A stretch of 39,740 nt of DNA. It comes from Callorhinchus milii. Lineage: Eukaryota. The notes under the pieces are model-generated. The model was given only the letters and a program-made list of their open reading frames with translations, ran no database searches and was not told the DNA's origin. Where the stretch lies: NCBI RefSeq assembly GCF_018977255.1, contig NW_024705494.1, positions 1 to 39,740 of the forward strand, in the 5' to 3' direction. Shown here piece after piece: positions 27,125 to 38,659 of the stretch. Position numbers and translations under genes: made by a program. How positions within the stretch are numbered: the stretch's first letter is position 1; each line of letters opens with the position of its first letter.

Positions 27125-27700
27125 TTAGTGTGTGGATGAGTGGGTGAGTGTGTAGGTGGGTAGATTAGTGAGTAGATGGGTTGATGGGTCGGAGGTGAGT
27201 GGCTGAGTGAGAGAGTGACTGGGTGCATGAGTGTCGGTTAGTGATTGATTTGGTGGCATGATGAGTGGGTGAGTGTGTGAGTGGCTCGGTAGTTGAGTGA
27301 GTGAGTGTGTGGGTGATTGAGTGGGCGAGTGTGTGGGTGTTTGAGTGGGTGAGTGGGTATTTGAGTGGGTGAGTGGGTATTTGAGTGGGCGAGTGTGTGG
27401 ATGTTTGAGTGGGTGAGTGTGTGGGTAAGTGGGTGAGTGTGTGGGTAAGTGGGTGAGTGTGTGGGTAAGTGGGTGAGTGTGTGGGTGAGTGGGTGAGTGT
27501 GTGGATGTTTGAGTGGGTGAGTGTGTGGGTGTTTGAGTGGATGAGTGTGTGGGTGTTGAGTGGGTGAGTGGGTATTTGAGTGGGTGAGTGGGTATTTGAG
27601 TGGGTGAGTGTGTGGGTGTGTGAGTGTGTATTTGAGTGGGTGAGTGTGTGGATGTGTGAGTGGGTGTTTGAGTGGGTGAGTGTGTGGGTTAGTGGGTGGG
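27125..27700. repeat. GT-rich low-complexity/microsatellite tract (gagtgggt/gagtgtgtgggt)n
   Basis: Degenerate tandem gtgagtgggtgagtgtgtgg units. Confidence 0.9.
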
Positions 27701-27711
27701 GGAGTCAGACA

Positions 27712-27790
27712 GTGGGGCGCCACAGTGGCGAGATGTTAACTACCTCGCCTGGTATGCAGAAGGTTGTGGGTTTTATCCCAACCCTGACGC
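27712..27790 (+). mobile_element. tRNA-derived SINE head fragment
   Basis: gggcgccacagtggcgagatgttaac...gcagaaggttgtgggttttatccc resembles degenerate Pol III A and B boxes. Confidence 0.4.
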
Positions 27791-27959
27791 CTGTATATTT
27801 CCCTCCACATTTAAAATCAACAAGCATTTTAATGATTGCAGTGCAATAAATGATTACGTGATAAGCACTTCGTTGACCAATCATTTGTAACCAGGCCACT
27901 TCTGAAAAATATTTTATATAGCTCTGTCAGCCTTACCTGGTAAAATAAACATAATTTAG

Positions 27960-28471
27960 ATTCAGTGTAGTGTGTTGGTGAGTGTGTGGGTGGGTACTTG
28001 TGAGAGGCTCGTGGGTAGTAGTGGATGGTTGAGTTAATGGGTGCTTGAATTATTGGGTGGTTGAATTATTGGGTGGTTGAGTGATGGGTGGGTGGGTGAA
28101 TAATGACGTGGTTAGTGGGTGAGTAGCTGAGTAGCTGAGGGAGTGGTTGGGTGTGTGTGTGGGTTAAAAATGGAGTAGGTGGCATGGTAAGTGGATGTGT
28201 ATGTGACTGGGTGAGTAGGTGAGTGGCTAGGTGAGTATGCGAGTGGATGGATGAGTGAGTGGGTGTGTGAGTGGGTGAGTGAGTGTGTGGGTAGGAGGTT
28301 AGGTGGGTAGTGGGTGGGTAGTGGGTGGGTTAGAAATTGAGTGAGTGGGTTAGTGATTGGGTGAGTGAGTGGGCGGGTGCGTGGGTGAGTTGTGGTTGAA
28401 AGAGTCAGTGGCAGAGCGAGTTGATGGGTTAGAGATTGATTAGCTCGGTGAGTGAGTGCTGGATGGGTTAG
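27960..28471. repeat. GT-rich low-complexity tract
   Basis: Degenerate gggtgagtgagt/gggtggtt repeats. Confidence 0.85.
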
Positions 28472-29009
28472 TAGGCCGTAAGGTGAACTAGGAAAAAGTG
28501 GCTAAAAAATGATTTTCGTTCCCACACCTGGGAACTACTTTTTAAAAGATTTTTTCATAGACAAAACCATTTTCGACTTTATGTTAAAATTTCTCCGCAA
28601 AATTCCCTGCAGTTTTTTTTCATAATCCATAAATGTATATAATTGTGAATTGGAAAAAACGAAAATCTTATTCTGCTGGTTTTGTTTGTAGCTTTATTTA
28701 TATACATTTTAGCAACACCAAATATCTCTCAAACTGACACTTATACATGTACCTAAACACTTGAGACAGGTTTTGGTGCATTATATACTCAAGTGTGAAT
28801 GTAGACCATGAAATATGGCACATTTGTAGAAAATATGCTTCAACTTCACGGATTGGCACTAAGCAAAATTAAACATAAACATTTTAAATTTAGCAAAACT
28901 GTGATGTTTTGTACATCAACATTTTCAGTAGGTACTGTGTAATCACAGAAAGATACAAATATAAGCACACTTTGGCCCAAGTTGGCTGAAATGACTCGAA
29001 ATGCTACAC

Positions 29010-31320
29010 CAGGGGTCCTCAAACTTTTTAAACAGGGGGCCAGTTCACTGTCCCTCAGACCGTTGGAGGGCCGGACTATAGTTAAAAAAAACTATGAACA
29101 AATTCCTATGCACACTGCATATATCTTATTTTGAAGTGAAGAAACAAAACGGGAACAAATACAATATTTAAAATGAAGAACAAGTAAAGTTAAATCAACA
29201 AACTTGCCAGTATTTCAATGGGAACTATGGGCCTGCTTTTGGCTAATGAGATGGTCAATGTCCGGTTCCATATTTGTCACTGCTAGTCCTGACAAGTGAT
29301 GCAAGTGTGCATCCGTTAGTCTAGATCTGGTTGGAGATTTCAAATGTTTCATTCTGGAAAAAGTCTGTTCACAGACATAAGTGCTGCCAAAGATGGTTGC
29401 CATTTTGAGTGCATGGTTCCTGAGATGAGGATATGTCTCAGAGGGGAGAAATGCATAGAAATTATGAAGGCTGCTTGACTTGAATGCGTCTTTCAGAGAG
29501 TCACAATTCTGCAGTTCAGCCAGTTCCATTTGGTAAATTGTATCCACATTCTCAATGTCAATAGAAAATGGGTTACGGAAAAGCTGTATGTCCTGTTCAT
29601 GGAGATGAAGCTCTTTAAATCTAAATTGGAACTCCTTTTGCAATTTTTCCAGTGAATCCACACATGTTTTGTTTGGGAATGCAACCAATGGTTTTTCCGC
29701 TAACAGATTTTGAGTTGTGGGGAGATGGCAGAAGTTTTCCTCCTTCACTTGTTTGATGAGGAGGCCTAATTTTACTTCAAATGCTTTGACATGTGATTGC
29801 ATATCACAGATGAGCTTCCCCTTTCCTTGAAGTTGCACATTGAAACTGTTGAGTAGCTCTGTTACATCTGTCAGAAAGGCAAGGTGCCATTTCCATTCTG
29901 CATCATTGAGCTCTGGTACTTATTTGTTTTTTGAAAACAGAAAAGCTGTAATCTGTGGAAGTAAGTCATAGAAACGTTTCAAAACTCTCCCTCGACTCAG
30001 CCAACGGACTTCTGTGTGGTACAGAACATCTTCATAGTCAACATTTAGCTCAGACAGAAATTCCTGAAATTGTCTGTGGTTTAGTGCATGAGCTCTAATG
30101 AAGTTAACAGAGTCCCACTTCAGTGATTTACTACACAGCGCTTGTTGGTGGATGAGGCAGTGTATGGCTATTGGATGAGAATGGTTATGTTTGTCCATCT
30201 CTTGGTTAATGCGAGCAATTACTCCTTTCTTAGACCCCACCATGCTAGGAGCACCATCAGTTGTCACACTGGCTAGTTTAGCCCAGTTCAGCTCCAAACC
30301 ATTCACAGTTTGGCAAACCTTTTCATAGATATCCTCTCCTGTAGTTGTTCCTTTGATGCTTTGCAGTGCAGCAAGCTCTTCTGTGACTTCGAAATAGTCA
30401 TTCGTCCCACGAATAAAAATTAGAAGTTGTGCAGAATCACGAACATCATTGCTTTCGTCGAGTGCCAAGGAAAAATAGGAAAGTTTTTTTGTGGAGTTTT
30501 GCAAATGCTGATGGAAATTGTCTCCCATTTCTTCAATCCTCTGTGTAATTGTAGGTCCTGAAAGACTCAATGTACTAAATAAATCGGCCTTCTCTGGACA
30601 CATCTCTTTGGCAACAAAAAGAAGGCATTCTTTAACAAATTCTCCCTCCACGAATGGTCTGCCAGTGCACACTATTAGCTTGGCAACTTGAAAACTTGCT
30701 CGCAGTGATAAAATATTTAGTTGCTTCTGCTTCACAAAAGTATTTTGCTGAGTTGTCAATGTATTTTTCAGTTTTAATATTTTATCTTTTCTTACTTCTC
30801 CGACCAAACAATCATATTTATCTTCATGTTGAGTTTCATAGTGTCGACGTAAATTGTATTCTTTGAACACAGACACTATATTCTGGCATATCAGACACAC
30901 AGCTCTTTCCTTGTACTGCATGAAAAAGTAATCATAAGTCCACTGTTTTTTGAATATCCTACACTCCGAGTCAATTTTTCTCTTTCTTGACATCATTGTT
31001 TCCTAGGGAGTCAAAATTGCTATTAGTAAAATACCAATATATATACAGCGCTACAAAAACAATATACCAGCAATAACTTTGCCCACACAGAGACATACAG
31101 ACTGCACTGCCCATCAATGCAGTCTGATTGGGGGAACTCCGCTTTTACCCCAGGCTCACACTGGTGCGGGTGCCATTAAAAAGTGAATTACACCTGCAGT
31201 TTTGTTCACAGATCACAGTGCAATCTGCGAACTCGCATAGGAATCTGATCGCATGGGGGAGAAGACCCATGCGATCCGATTCCACTGCAGGGAAAAAGAA
31301 GGCACATGTGCCTTTTTTCT
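29010..31320 (-). mobile_element. hAT (Charlie/Buster group, OC1/OposCharlie-like) DNA transposon lacking its 5' TIR
   Basis: TIR caggggtcctcaaact at 29010, preceded by the 8-mer tgcTAcac, which fits the nnnTAnnn target site of Buster/Charlie elements. A transposase is present, but no matching agtttgaggacccctg plus TSD is seen at the other end. Confidence 0.85.
29215..30996 (-). pseudogene. hAT transposase (GTF2IRD2/SPIN/OC1-like), ~593 codons with one in-frame stop
   Basis: ORFs 29920-30996 and 29215-29838 are in the same frame, separated by TAA at 29920-29922. Motifs: zinc-finger CLIC...RHY..H, ALDES, TTDGAPSMVG, HCLIHQQAL, EVRWLSRG and the hAT dimerisation motif FGSTYVCEQTFSRM. Confidence 0.93.
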
Positions 31321-31334
31321 AACACAGCGCATAT

Positions 31335-32481
31335 TTACTCATCGGTATCATCCCTATCACTATCAGAGCCATCATCCCATGTAGGTCTTTTTCTGTTTCT
31401 TGTGAAACATTTGCACAATTTTGGCACCGACATAAATCAGTACAAGACAGTCTTGCAGACATACAGGAACATCTTCCAGTCTCACATTTGCTATGCTTGC
31501 AACTGCAGTGGACTGCCTGCAAACACACTTCCAGGGGCAGGATTTCTAGTCATCCAGGTCACTGTTAACTCACCATCCTCGAGGTGCCATCCATTGCCGA
31601 TGGGTGAAGGGCACACATTATACCTTCAGAGAATGTCTCATTATGGCTGCTTGGTAGTTTTGCCCCTTTTGCAGTATTGGTACAGGGCGTCACTTGTCGG
31701 GGCATGGATAGTTCTGGAAAAGCCGACTGGCCATACAGGTGGCACACATATGTGCAAAGTAGCTCAAATGTAGACTGGTCTAGGTTAAAACTGCTACCCA
31801 GATTTGTAAAAGCAGTTAGATATTCCTCTTTCTCACAAGCAACAGAAAATGGCTTTCTTTTGCCTTTGCCATAAAAGGCACTTGTAGAGTCACAACCTGA
31901 GAAGGTATGGATCCCAATAAGTGCCAAACAGACACTTGTGCCAAGAGCTGACAACACCTTAGCTAAGTCAATGAGCCTTGTTTTGTTGCCAACCCCCATG
32001 AAAAAAATACAACCTACATGGTAAATCTGGGCTGCAGACTTAAAGCAATCACTGCCACATCAGTATCAGGGCTTTTGATGACTACAGTTTTGATGTTCCT
32101 GTGCAGCATGTTGTGCATGTAAAAACACTCTGGTGTCACATTCCTCATGATCACATGTCAGATCTTCAACAGCACTGAGAGTATGTAAACCCTCCATTAC
32201 AGTCACGCAGTGACACAGGTCTCCATGTGCTATGTACAAGCTTAAGTCCTTTCCCACAGTGGTAAGATCAGCCTCTCGCCACACAACATAGAGGAATTCT
32301 GCCAGTGCTTCTTTGTTTGTTCCATCTGATAGAAACTTTTTCCATTGTGTTGGTGTCTTCTGATCCCGTCCATAAATTTTCTCTATGTAACCGTTCTAGA
32401 TTTTTAATACTCATTTTTGGATACTGGTCAATCACAAAGTTTATCCGTGTACAGTTGTGTTTCAGAGCAAGTTTGACTATG
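31335..32481 (-). pseudogene. AcademX-type protein C-terminal region (XPG/PIN-like nuclease plus Cys-rich zinc finger), frameshifted
   Basis: Read across frames: RINFVIDQY..SIKNLER, CDHEECDTRVFLHA, VVIKSPDTDVAV, HTFSGCDSTSAFYGKGK, CSCKHSKCETGRCSCMSARLSCTDLCRCQNCAN, and an acidic end DDGSDSDRDDTDE*. Confidence 0.75.
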
Positions 32482-33031
32482 TGTAGTAAGTATTCAGGAG
32501 GCTTGACGACGGGGTCGGAGGCACACTTATTTATTAACACCAACTTGTGCACAGTAACGGGTACACACAGTACTTAAGGGGTATCGTCCCCTTCACTCGC
32601 TAACAGGGAGACACAACATCTAACCCCGCTAACCTACGCCCGAGTCTCCACTACGGAGCTAGGGGAGGCTACCTATCCCAGCCCTGGTCAAGCTGGGATC
32701 CCGGCACCCTGAGTCTCCAGACCGGCTCTTATAAGAACGTCAGTCTGGGCTCTCGGGGCCACGCCACCGGCTTGCCCTGGTCGGCCCTGACAAGGACAGC
32801 GAGCCAGGGGAGCTCCGGGGCCTATTCCAGCTGGTCTTCACTCTTCGCTGGTTTAAGCTAACACTCGACCTCGAGCCCTCCGGCTCACCACCTTTTATAG
32901 CACTCGGCCCCCGGAGGGGCCCGTGGGGGATGCAGGTGCGGACGTCGGTGTGAGCACCTCCTCTGTGTACGGCCCTAAACACGCCCCTTGTGTTTTAGCC
33001 ATCCGTGCCCATACACAATTACACCTCCACA
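32482..33031 (-). repeat. 3' LTR of the Gypsy element (~550 bp)
   Basis: TG...CA ends (tgtag at 32482; ctccaca at 33031). On the minus strand: polypurine tract ggggggggtga immediately upstream (33032-33042), TATAAAAG near 32892-32899 and AATAAA near 32530-32535. Confidence 0.7.
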
Positions 33032-33495
33032 TCACCCCCCCCTGTACAGCTCGCAGCCGTCCCCGGCTGCAACAAAATCAGAATAAAGGTGCATCCCTCC
33101 CCAAAACGTGTGTGCCTCGCGTAATTTTAACAAGAACAATGACAACCATAACAACAACAACAACAGGAAACAGGGAAGAAAAAAATAACCCGACGCACCC
33201 CCCGAATAAATACCCCATTCCGCAAAACCAACATATATACACGCGCTCCGGACGCCTCCCCCCACCGTCCGCAAGGGCCCCCCAACGGCCGACCTCACAA
33301 AGTCTGCGCTTTTGGCGCGCGTTCTCGCGGCGGGCCCGTCACAAGGGCCCGTCCGGCACGCTCAGTGGCGTTGTTGACGGTCCGGGTGCAAGAGAGTCTG
33401 GCTTCGCTGCCGAGTGACCCCCGACCCCCCGGGAGGGGTTGGCGGCGTGGACCCGTCACTCCTGTTGCACCTGGAGATGGAACAGTGATGTCAGG

Positions 33496-36400
33496 TTAGG
33501 CGAAGCAGCGACGTCGGGGGTCGGCGGACCCCTCACACGTTTGGCCATGCGTGTGTGTGTGCGAACCACGGGGCGGCGCAATGAACGGTTTCAACCTTGA
33601 GGGGTGCACGTACCACCGACGCCTCCCCCATTTGACGCGTACACATTGCGGCCGCAAGACCTGTACGACCTCCACGGGCCCCCGCCACGGCCGTACCAAC
33701 TTTGACGAGGTCCAGCGGCACCTGGGGACAGTGCAACCATGCCCTGTCCCCGGTTTCCATTTGAACACATGTATCCGCCCCAGCCTAAGCCTCTCGTTCG
33801 CCTTCTGGCGGAGTTCAGAATTTTCACGGCCGCTTTCCGCGCCTCAGATCTTTGCGATGTTAAATTTAACGTGTTCGGACAATGTAGACTTCGCCTGAGG
33901 CACCGAGAGCTTCAGCTGGGTCGTCACAGGGGGGGTAGCCTCGCGGCCATACATTAAAAAGAAAGGGGAAAATCCGGTGGCCGCATGGGGAACCATCCTG
34001 TAGGCTTGTAACACCCGGCAATGCGAAGGTCCCAATCTGTCTGGGATTCCGATACCTGCTGGGACAGCATGGACGTGATAGGTCCGATGCAGCCGTTCCA
34101 CCATCCCGTCAGTTTGGGTGATACGGGGAGGTCCGAATTTTCTCCGTACCCAAGAGGTCGCACACCTCTCGGAGGAGTTTCCCCGAAAAATTCTTACCCT
34201 GGTCAGTCAGCAAGCCGTTCCGGAGCACCCTTGTCGAGGACATAGCCCTGGACAAAGGCCTCCGTGATGGCTGCTGCCGACTGGTTGGCCAGGTGCCAGG
34301 CCATGGCCATCTCGTGAAGTATTCGACCCCTGTCAATAAATACCTATTTCCCTGGGATGTAGCGGGAAATGGCCGAGAATATCCAGAGCAACGAGCTCGT
34401 TAACCCGGGAACCTTTATGGACTGCAGCGGAGGGTTGGACCCCCTCGCTGGTGGCTTCCGCTGCGCGCATTGCGCTGCACGACCCCAGGAGATCCCCCAC
34501 GTCCTTTGCCATGCCCGGCCAGAGAAATCGAGCTGAGCATGGATGGCAAAGGTCTTGTGAACCCCCAAGTGCAGGAGCCGCTCATGCGCAGCCCATACCA
34601 CCTTACCCCTCAATGCTGCAGGCACCACGAGCCGTTGGCGGCGGATTTTCCGTCCCAGTGCATTAAAAGCCCCTGAAACAACCCCCACGAGTCAACGTTC
34701 GCCACCCCCTGACCAACCCCCCCGGTGCGACGGCGCAGAGCGAGGAGGGAGGTGTCCTCCATTTGGAGGCATCCCCACTCCGCAATCCGACAACCCCAGC
34801 AACGAGTCCCTCCCTTCATGCTCGATAGGACCCGAAGCCGAAGGCGCATCGGCGGCGGCCACGAGGACCGAATCGGTGTCACGTTCGGGGGCCTTACAAC
34901 GCCCCGAAACCAAAGGGAAGCGAACTCCGAAGTGAGTGGCAACCGCGACAGGGCGTGAGCGTTCGTGTGGTGGACGCCCTTACGATATGTTGGTGACAAA
35001 GTCGTAGTCTTTGGAAATCTCCAACCATCCGAGACAACTACCCCCCGATGGTGGTTGAACCCGCAGGGCGTACTGTAGGGCCGCATGATCTGTACGGACG
35101 GTGAAACGCCGACCGTACAGATACGGGCGGTACTGCTGAATGAAATAAACAATGCCAATAATTCCCGACGGGTAACGCAGTACCGTTGTTCGCTGGAGAC
35201 AGTACCCGACTACCGTAAGCCACCACATGCTCTACGCCCCAATGAGCTGGGACAGCACGCCCCCATGCCCGTGTTACTTGCGTCTGTATCGAGCAAGAAG
35301 GGTTGTGAGAAATCGGGTAATTCAACGGCGGAGCCCCCAGCATTCCGGAGGGCGCGAAAAGCAGCCTCCTCCTCCGGCCCCCAATGAAACCTGACTCCCT
35401 TGGACGTCAAGGCATGCAATGGTTTCGCGATCGTAGCGAAGTCAGCCACAAACGTCGATAGTACGACGCGAACCCAATGAAACTCCTGACCTCTCCCACC
35501 GAGGTGGGAGTCGGCCAGGAGCTGACGCATTCCGTTTTGGCGGGATCAGTGGATATCCCCGAGCGCCAACAATGTGACCCAAATACCGCACCGATTCGCG
35601 GAGCAAATGGCACTTCTGCGGTTTAAATTTCAAATTGGCAGCCCGCATTTTGAGAAAAACAGCACGCAACCTCTGGAGGTGTTCCTCGAAGGATTTGCTA
35701 AAGACGATGACATCGTCCAAGTAAATTAAACACGAATCCCATTGCAAGCCCAAGACCAGTTCCATTAACCGCTGAAAAGTTGCCGGCGCAGAATGTAAAC
35801 CCATCGGCAAGCGGTTAAATTGGAAGAGGCCTTGCGGTGTACGAAAGCAGTCTTAGGTTTGATTCGTCATCCAGAGGAAGCTGCCAGAATCCAGATAGTA
35901 AATCGAGGGTGGAAAAGAATCGCGCCCCGCCAAGGCATCGAGCGACTCATCCATTCGAGGAAGCGGGTACGCATCTGCCACAGAAATTTTGTTCAGACGC
36001 CGAAAGTCGACACAAAACCGCAGTGAGCCGTCGTGTTTTTTCACCAAAACGATCGGCGCGCCCCACGGGCTGTTGGAAGGGGAAATGATATCGGCGGCTA
36101 GCATGTCATCAACAGCCGATTTGACATGATCCTTTTCGGCGGGACTCAACCGAAAGGGATTTTGGCGGATTGGCGCGCTGTCACCCGTGTCAATATGGTG
36201 TCGCAGCAATTTAGTACAACCAATATCAAATTTGTGTTGACTAAAAACGTCAGCAAATTCGCTCAGGAGAACTCGCAGCTGCGCGCGCTGCGAGTCGGAC
36301 AGGTCCACTGATCCCGCGCAAAGCGCATCCAGCCATCCGTCATCACAGTCCGAATGCGGTCGCGACGGAGGATCGGTGGTACCTGACCCACGAGTGGTTC

Positions 36401-36585
36401 CTCATAGGGTACCGGCGTTGCGTGTGCAAGCACGGTCCCTTGAGGAACCACGGCCGTTCGCGATCCTACATTAAGGACTGCAATGAAGGGGTCCCCATCC
36501 CCTCTCACCATGGTCTGAGCCGCTAGCAAATCGGGTCCATTGACCCCGGCCCGAGATGGTCCCAACAAGACCCCCCGATCCGCAA
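33496..36585 (-). pseudogene. Gypsy pol (RT, RNase H, integrase) with many frameshifts
   Basis: RT: SPWGAPIVLVKKHDGSLRFCVDFRRLN, MPMGLHSAPATFQRLM, LIYLDDVIVFS. RNase H: PFLLDTDASNTGMGA. Integrase: H..HLGVHKT zinc finger, LTDQGKNF, TSPYHP, VERLHRT, HAATGFSPFFLMYGRE, and WRGPVEV (GPY/F-like). Confidence 0.93.
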
Positions 36586-36587
36586 CT

Positions 36588-36716
36588 TGTGATGGTGGGT
36601 GTTAGTTTTAGTGATGGTGGTGTTAGTGATTGTGGTTGTTATTAGTGGTGATAGTGGTGGTGTTACTGGTGTTAGTGATGGTGGTGTTGTGGTATTAGTG
36701 GTGGTGGTGTTAGTGA
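36588..36716. repeat. (GGT/TAGTGATGG)n low-complexity tract
   Basis: Degenerate ggtggtgttagtgat units. Confidence 0.85.
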
Positions 36717-36718
36717 GG

Positions 36719-36868
36719 TGGCAGGATGCCCTGGTGGTCCCCATCTTTAAGAAGGGAGACCGCACAGACTGTAACAACTACAGGGGCATCTCACTCCTCG
36801 GTGTGCCGGGAAAGGTCCTGGCAAGGATTATTCAACACCGCCTTGCCAAGCATGCTGAGGAAAGGCAG
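36719..36868 (+). mobile_element. LINE (RTE-like) ORF2 fragment
   Basis: WQDALVVPIFKKGDRTDCNNYRGISLLGVPGKVLARIIQHRL is the conserved segment at the start of the non-LTR RT domain. Confidence 0.88.
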
Positions 36869-37548
36869 TTATTGCTTTTTGTGTTTTTCATATTATGGGT
36901 GACTGGTGAGGATGTGAGTCTGTGTTGATGATGAGAGTCCGCATTGTGAAGTGACGTGTGTTTGGACGTGGGTGTGTCACGCCCCTTCGACTCTGTGACC
37001 CTCGCCTCTGTCTCCCGCTCTCCACGCAGAGACCCGGACCGCGCGAGAGACACCGTGAGCTCTGAGCACCCTCGTCTGCAAGTTGCTACCAGGAGGTACA
37101 TGTGGCTCCTCGACTTGTGTGGTGAAGTATGGGTGGACGTGTGTTCTCCCTCTGCGTGTGCCTACCTGTGACCTGTATACCTGGATGTGCTTCTCCTTGC
37201 CCCCTGAGTGTGTGTGCGTCTATCAGTGTCTCTCCGAGATCCTGTTGGTGTACATGCCCGTCTACGCGTGAGCATCTACAGCACTGTTATAATCCACTGA
37301 TGGATGAACGCCTCCCTCCCTGAGACCCTGCTACCCTCACATCCTGTGATGGAATAATCCGCCAAGCGCCGGTTTCATCGCCATCTCTCTGGCGGCTCTC
37401 CTCTCTGATGTGTTCCGTTCCTTGGTTGTCGCTGTTATTATTCTTGATTGTCAGCCATTGTTGTCCATCCTGGCCATGGCTCGTCCTGCCGAGTCCCACT
37501 CACTCCTCAAGCCCGAGTGGTGGACCTTTTGTGTGTGTGTGTGTGTAG

Positions 37549-37651
37549 ATCAGCCGAGCTGGAGAGGCTCGGAGTAATGGCGAGTCTTGCACCACGTGGA
37601 GTGCGCTGTCCTCAGCGCGCACCGCCTCCATCCGCAGCAAGTCGCCACAAG
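37549..37651 (+). CDS. Putative upstream exon of DYRK4-like copy B
   Basis: Acceptor (gt)n-tag and donor gtatga. The 103-nt exon reads ISRAGEARSNGESCTTWSALSSARTASIRSKSPQ, and its phase-1 end joins 38512 to give KSPQAILVLF, loosely resembling the class II DYRK segment upstream of the DH box. Confidence 0.45.
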
Positions 37652-37779
37652 GTATGAACAGAAATGAGTGACGTCAAGATGGCCACACTGAATGGTGGGA
37701 CATCACGACGGTCATGTTTCAAGGGGGACGTGACAGTGACCATGATGCATGGGGGACTTCATGGTGGCCATGTTGCATG

Positions 37780-38035
37780 GGTGATGTACCGTTCGACTTT
37801 TGCCGTTCTCTGGTCTCACACCGGCGAGACAAGGTCATAAAGAAGGCTGTCTCTGGTGCAGGCCAGTCAATATCAAAGACAATGCATATATTATCGGAGC
37901 ATGTTTGTTTGCATATTTTTCCACAAGTACGTGTGGTAAATGCAGACGTGATGCCTTGCAAAAGGTATCTATTTGGTGTTTGAACATATTAACACCTGTT
38001 TTTGTGCCAGAAAGGATAAAAGCTATTCTTATTTC
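37780..38035 (+). repeat. Diverged relative of the element interior at ~140-390
   Basis: Collinear shared blocks, e.g. aaagacaatgcatatattatc, ccacaagta, ttaacacctgtttt and ctattct. Confidence 0.75.
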
Positions 38036-38511
38036 ATAAAATCCTTGGCATCTGTGTTATATTTATCTAATTCATTAACCCCGTTGTCAAATTCAAGCAA
38101 CCTAAGACGTCATCAAAGCTGCATATAGCTGGACATCGAACGAAGATGGTCACTGCATCGCACGTTTTCAGATGTGCTTCTGCAGTCATCTGGAATGCTC
38201 TTCCGACATTAGGAAGCCACTGGAGCGATACTCTTTTAAATCTATAATTTTTGCGAACTTTTTAGTTTATTGTCCTTCCCCCTCACTTCTGATTAGCAGG
38301 GTTGCCGAAGCACGGTGCAAAATAAGTTCAACATACAGACATAAACTGGTATTGGCCAAAACATCCAAATCCCCTGCAAATTCTCAAATTGGGATCACAC
38401 AGCAGACGTAATGGCAGCAGCGTCACCCATTCTCTGTAAATCATCTGCAGGAACCTCCTGAAAAGGAATCTAAACAAATGACAGCTGTTGTTGTTATTCT
38501 CTTGCCTGCAG

Positions 38512-38659
38512 CAATCCTGGTTCTCTTTGGCCCTCAAATGACCCACCGGGAGAAGCTGGAGCTTGCGCCATACAGGAAGTATGGTACTTTGCGCTCCGCA
38601 ACAGATCCCGGGGACCAAACAACGATGGATACGACGACCACGAACATCATTACATTCCG
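38512..38659 (+). CDS. DYRK4-like copy B, NAPA/DH-box exon (carries an apparent 1-bp deletion)
   Basis: Acceptor cttgcctgcag and donor gtgaga. Reads ILVLFGPQMTHREKLELAPY[x]EVWYFALRNRSRGPNNDGYDDHEHHYIP; NNDGYDD...Y is the DYRK-homology box. The exon is 148 nt where 149 is needed; the shift is at ~38574. Confidence 0.8.

Larger units (their letters stand above)
28472..32481 (-). mobile_element. AcademX-like DNA transposon, 3' portion (interrupted by the hAT element, cut off at the Gypsy LTR)
   Basis: Abrupt switch to AT-rich sequence starting TAGGCCGTAAGG at 28472 (TAG is typical of Academ termini). The coding remnant at 31335-32481 has XPG/PIN-like and Cys-rich motifs. Confidence 0.6.
32482..36585 (-). 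mobile_element. Ty3/Gypsy LTR retrotransposon, 5'-truncated (no gag or 5' LTR)
   Basis: RT-RNase H-integrase order followed by a PPT and an LTR. The sequence breaks into low-complexity DNA at ~36588. Confidence 0.9.

Noticed and set aside
27238..27723. 161-aa His/Pro/Thr-rich ORF
   Set aside because: It is the translation of a GT-rich microsatellite.
32923..33417. 164-aa plus-strand ORF
   Set aside because: It is antisense to the GC-rich Gypsy 3' region and LTR and has no protein motifs.
37030..37095. Possible further upstream exon of kinase copy B (cag...gtacat)
   Set aside because: The frame needed to join the 37549 exon contains a TGA and there is no homology. It could be UTR, but that is unsupported.
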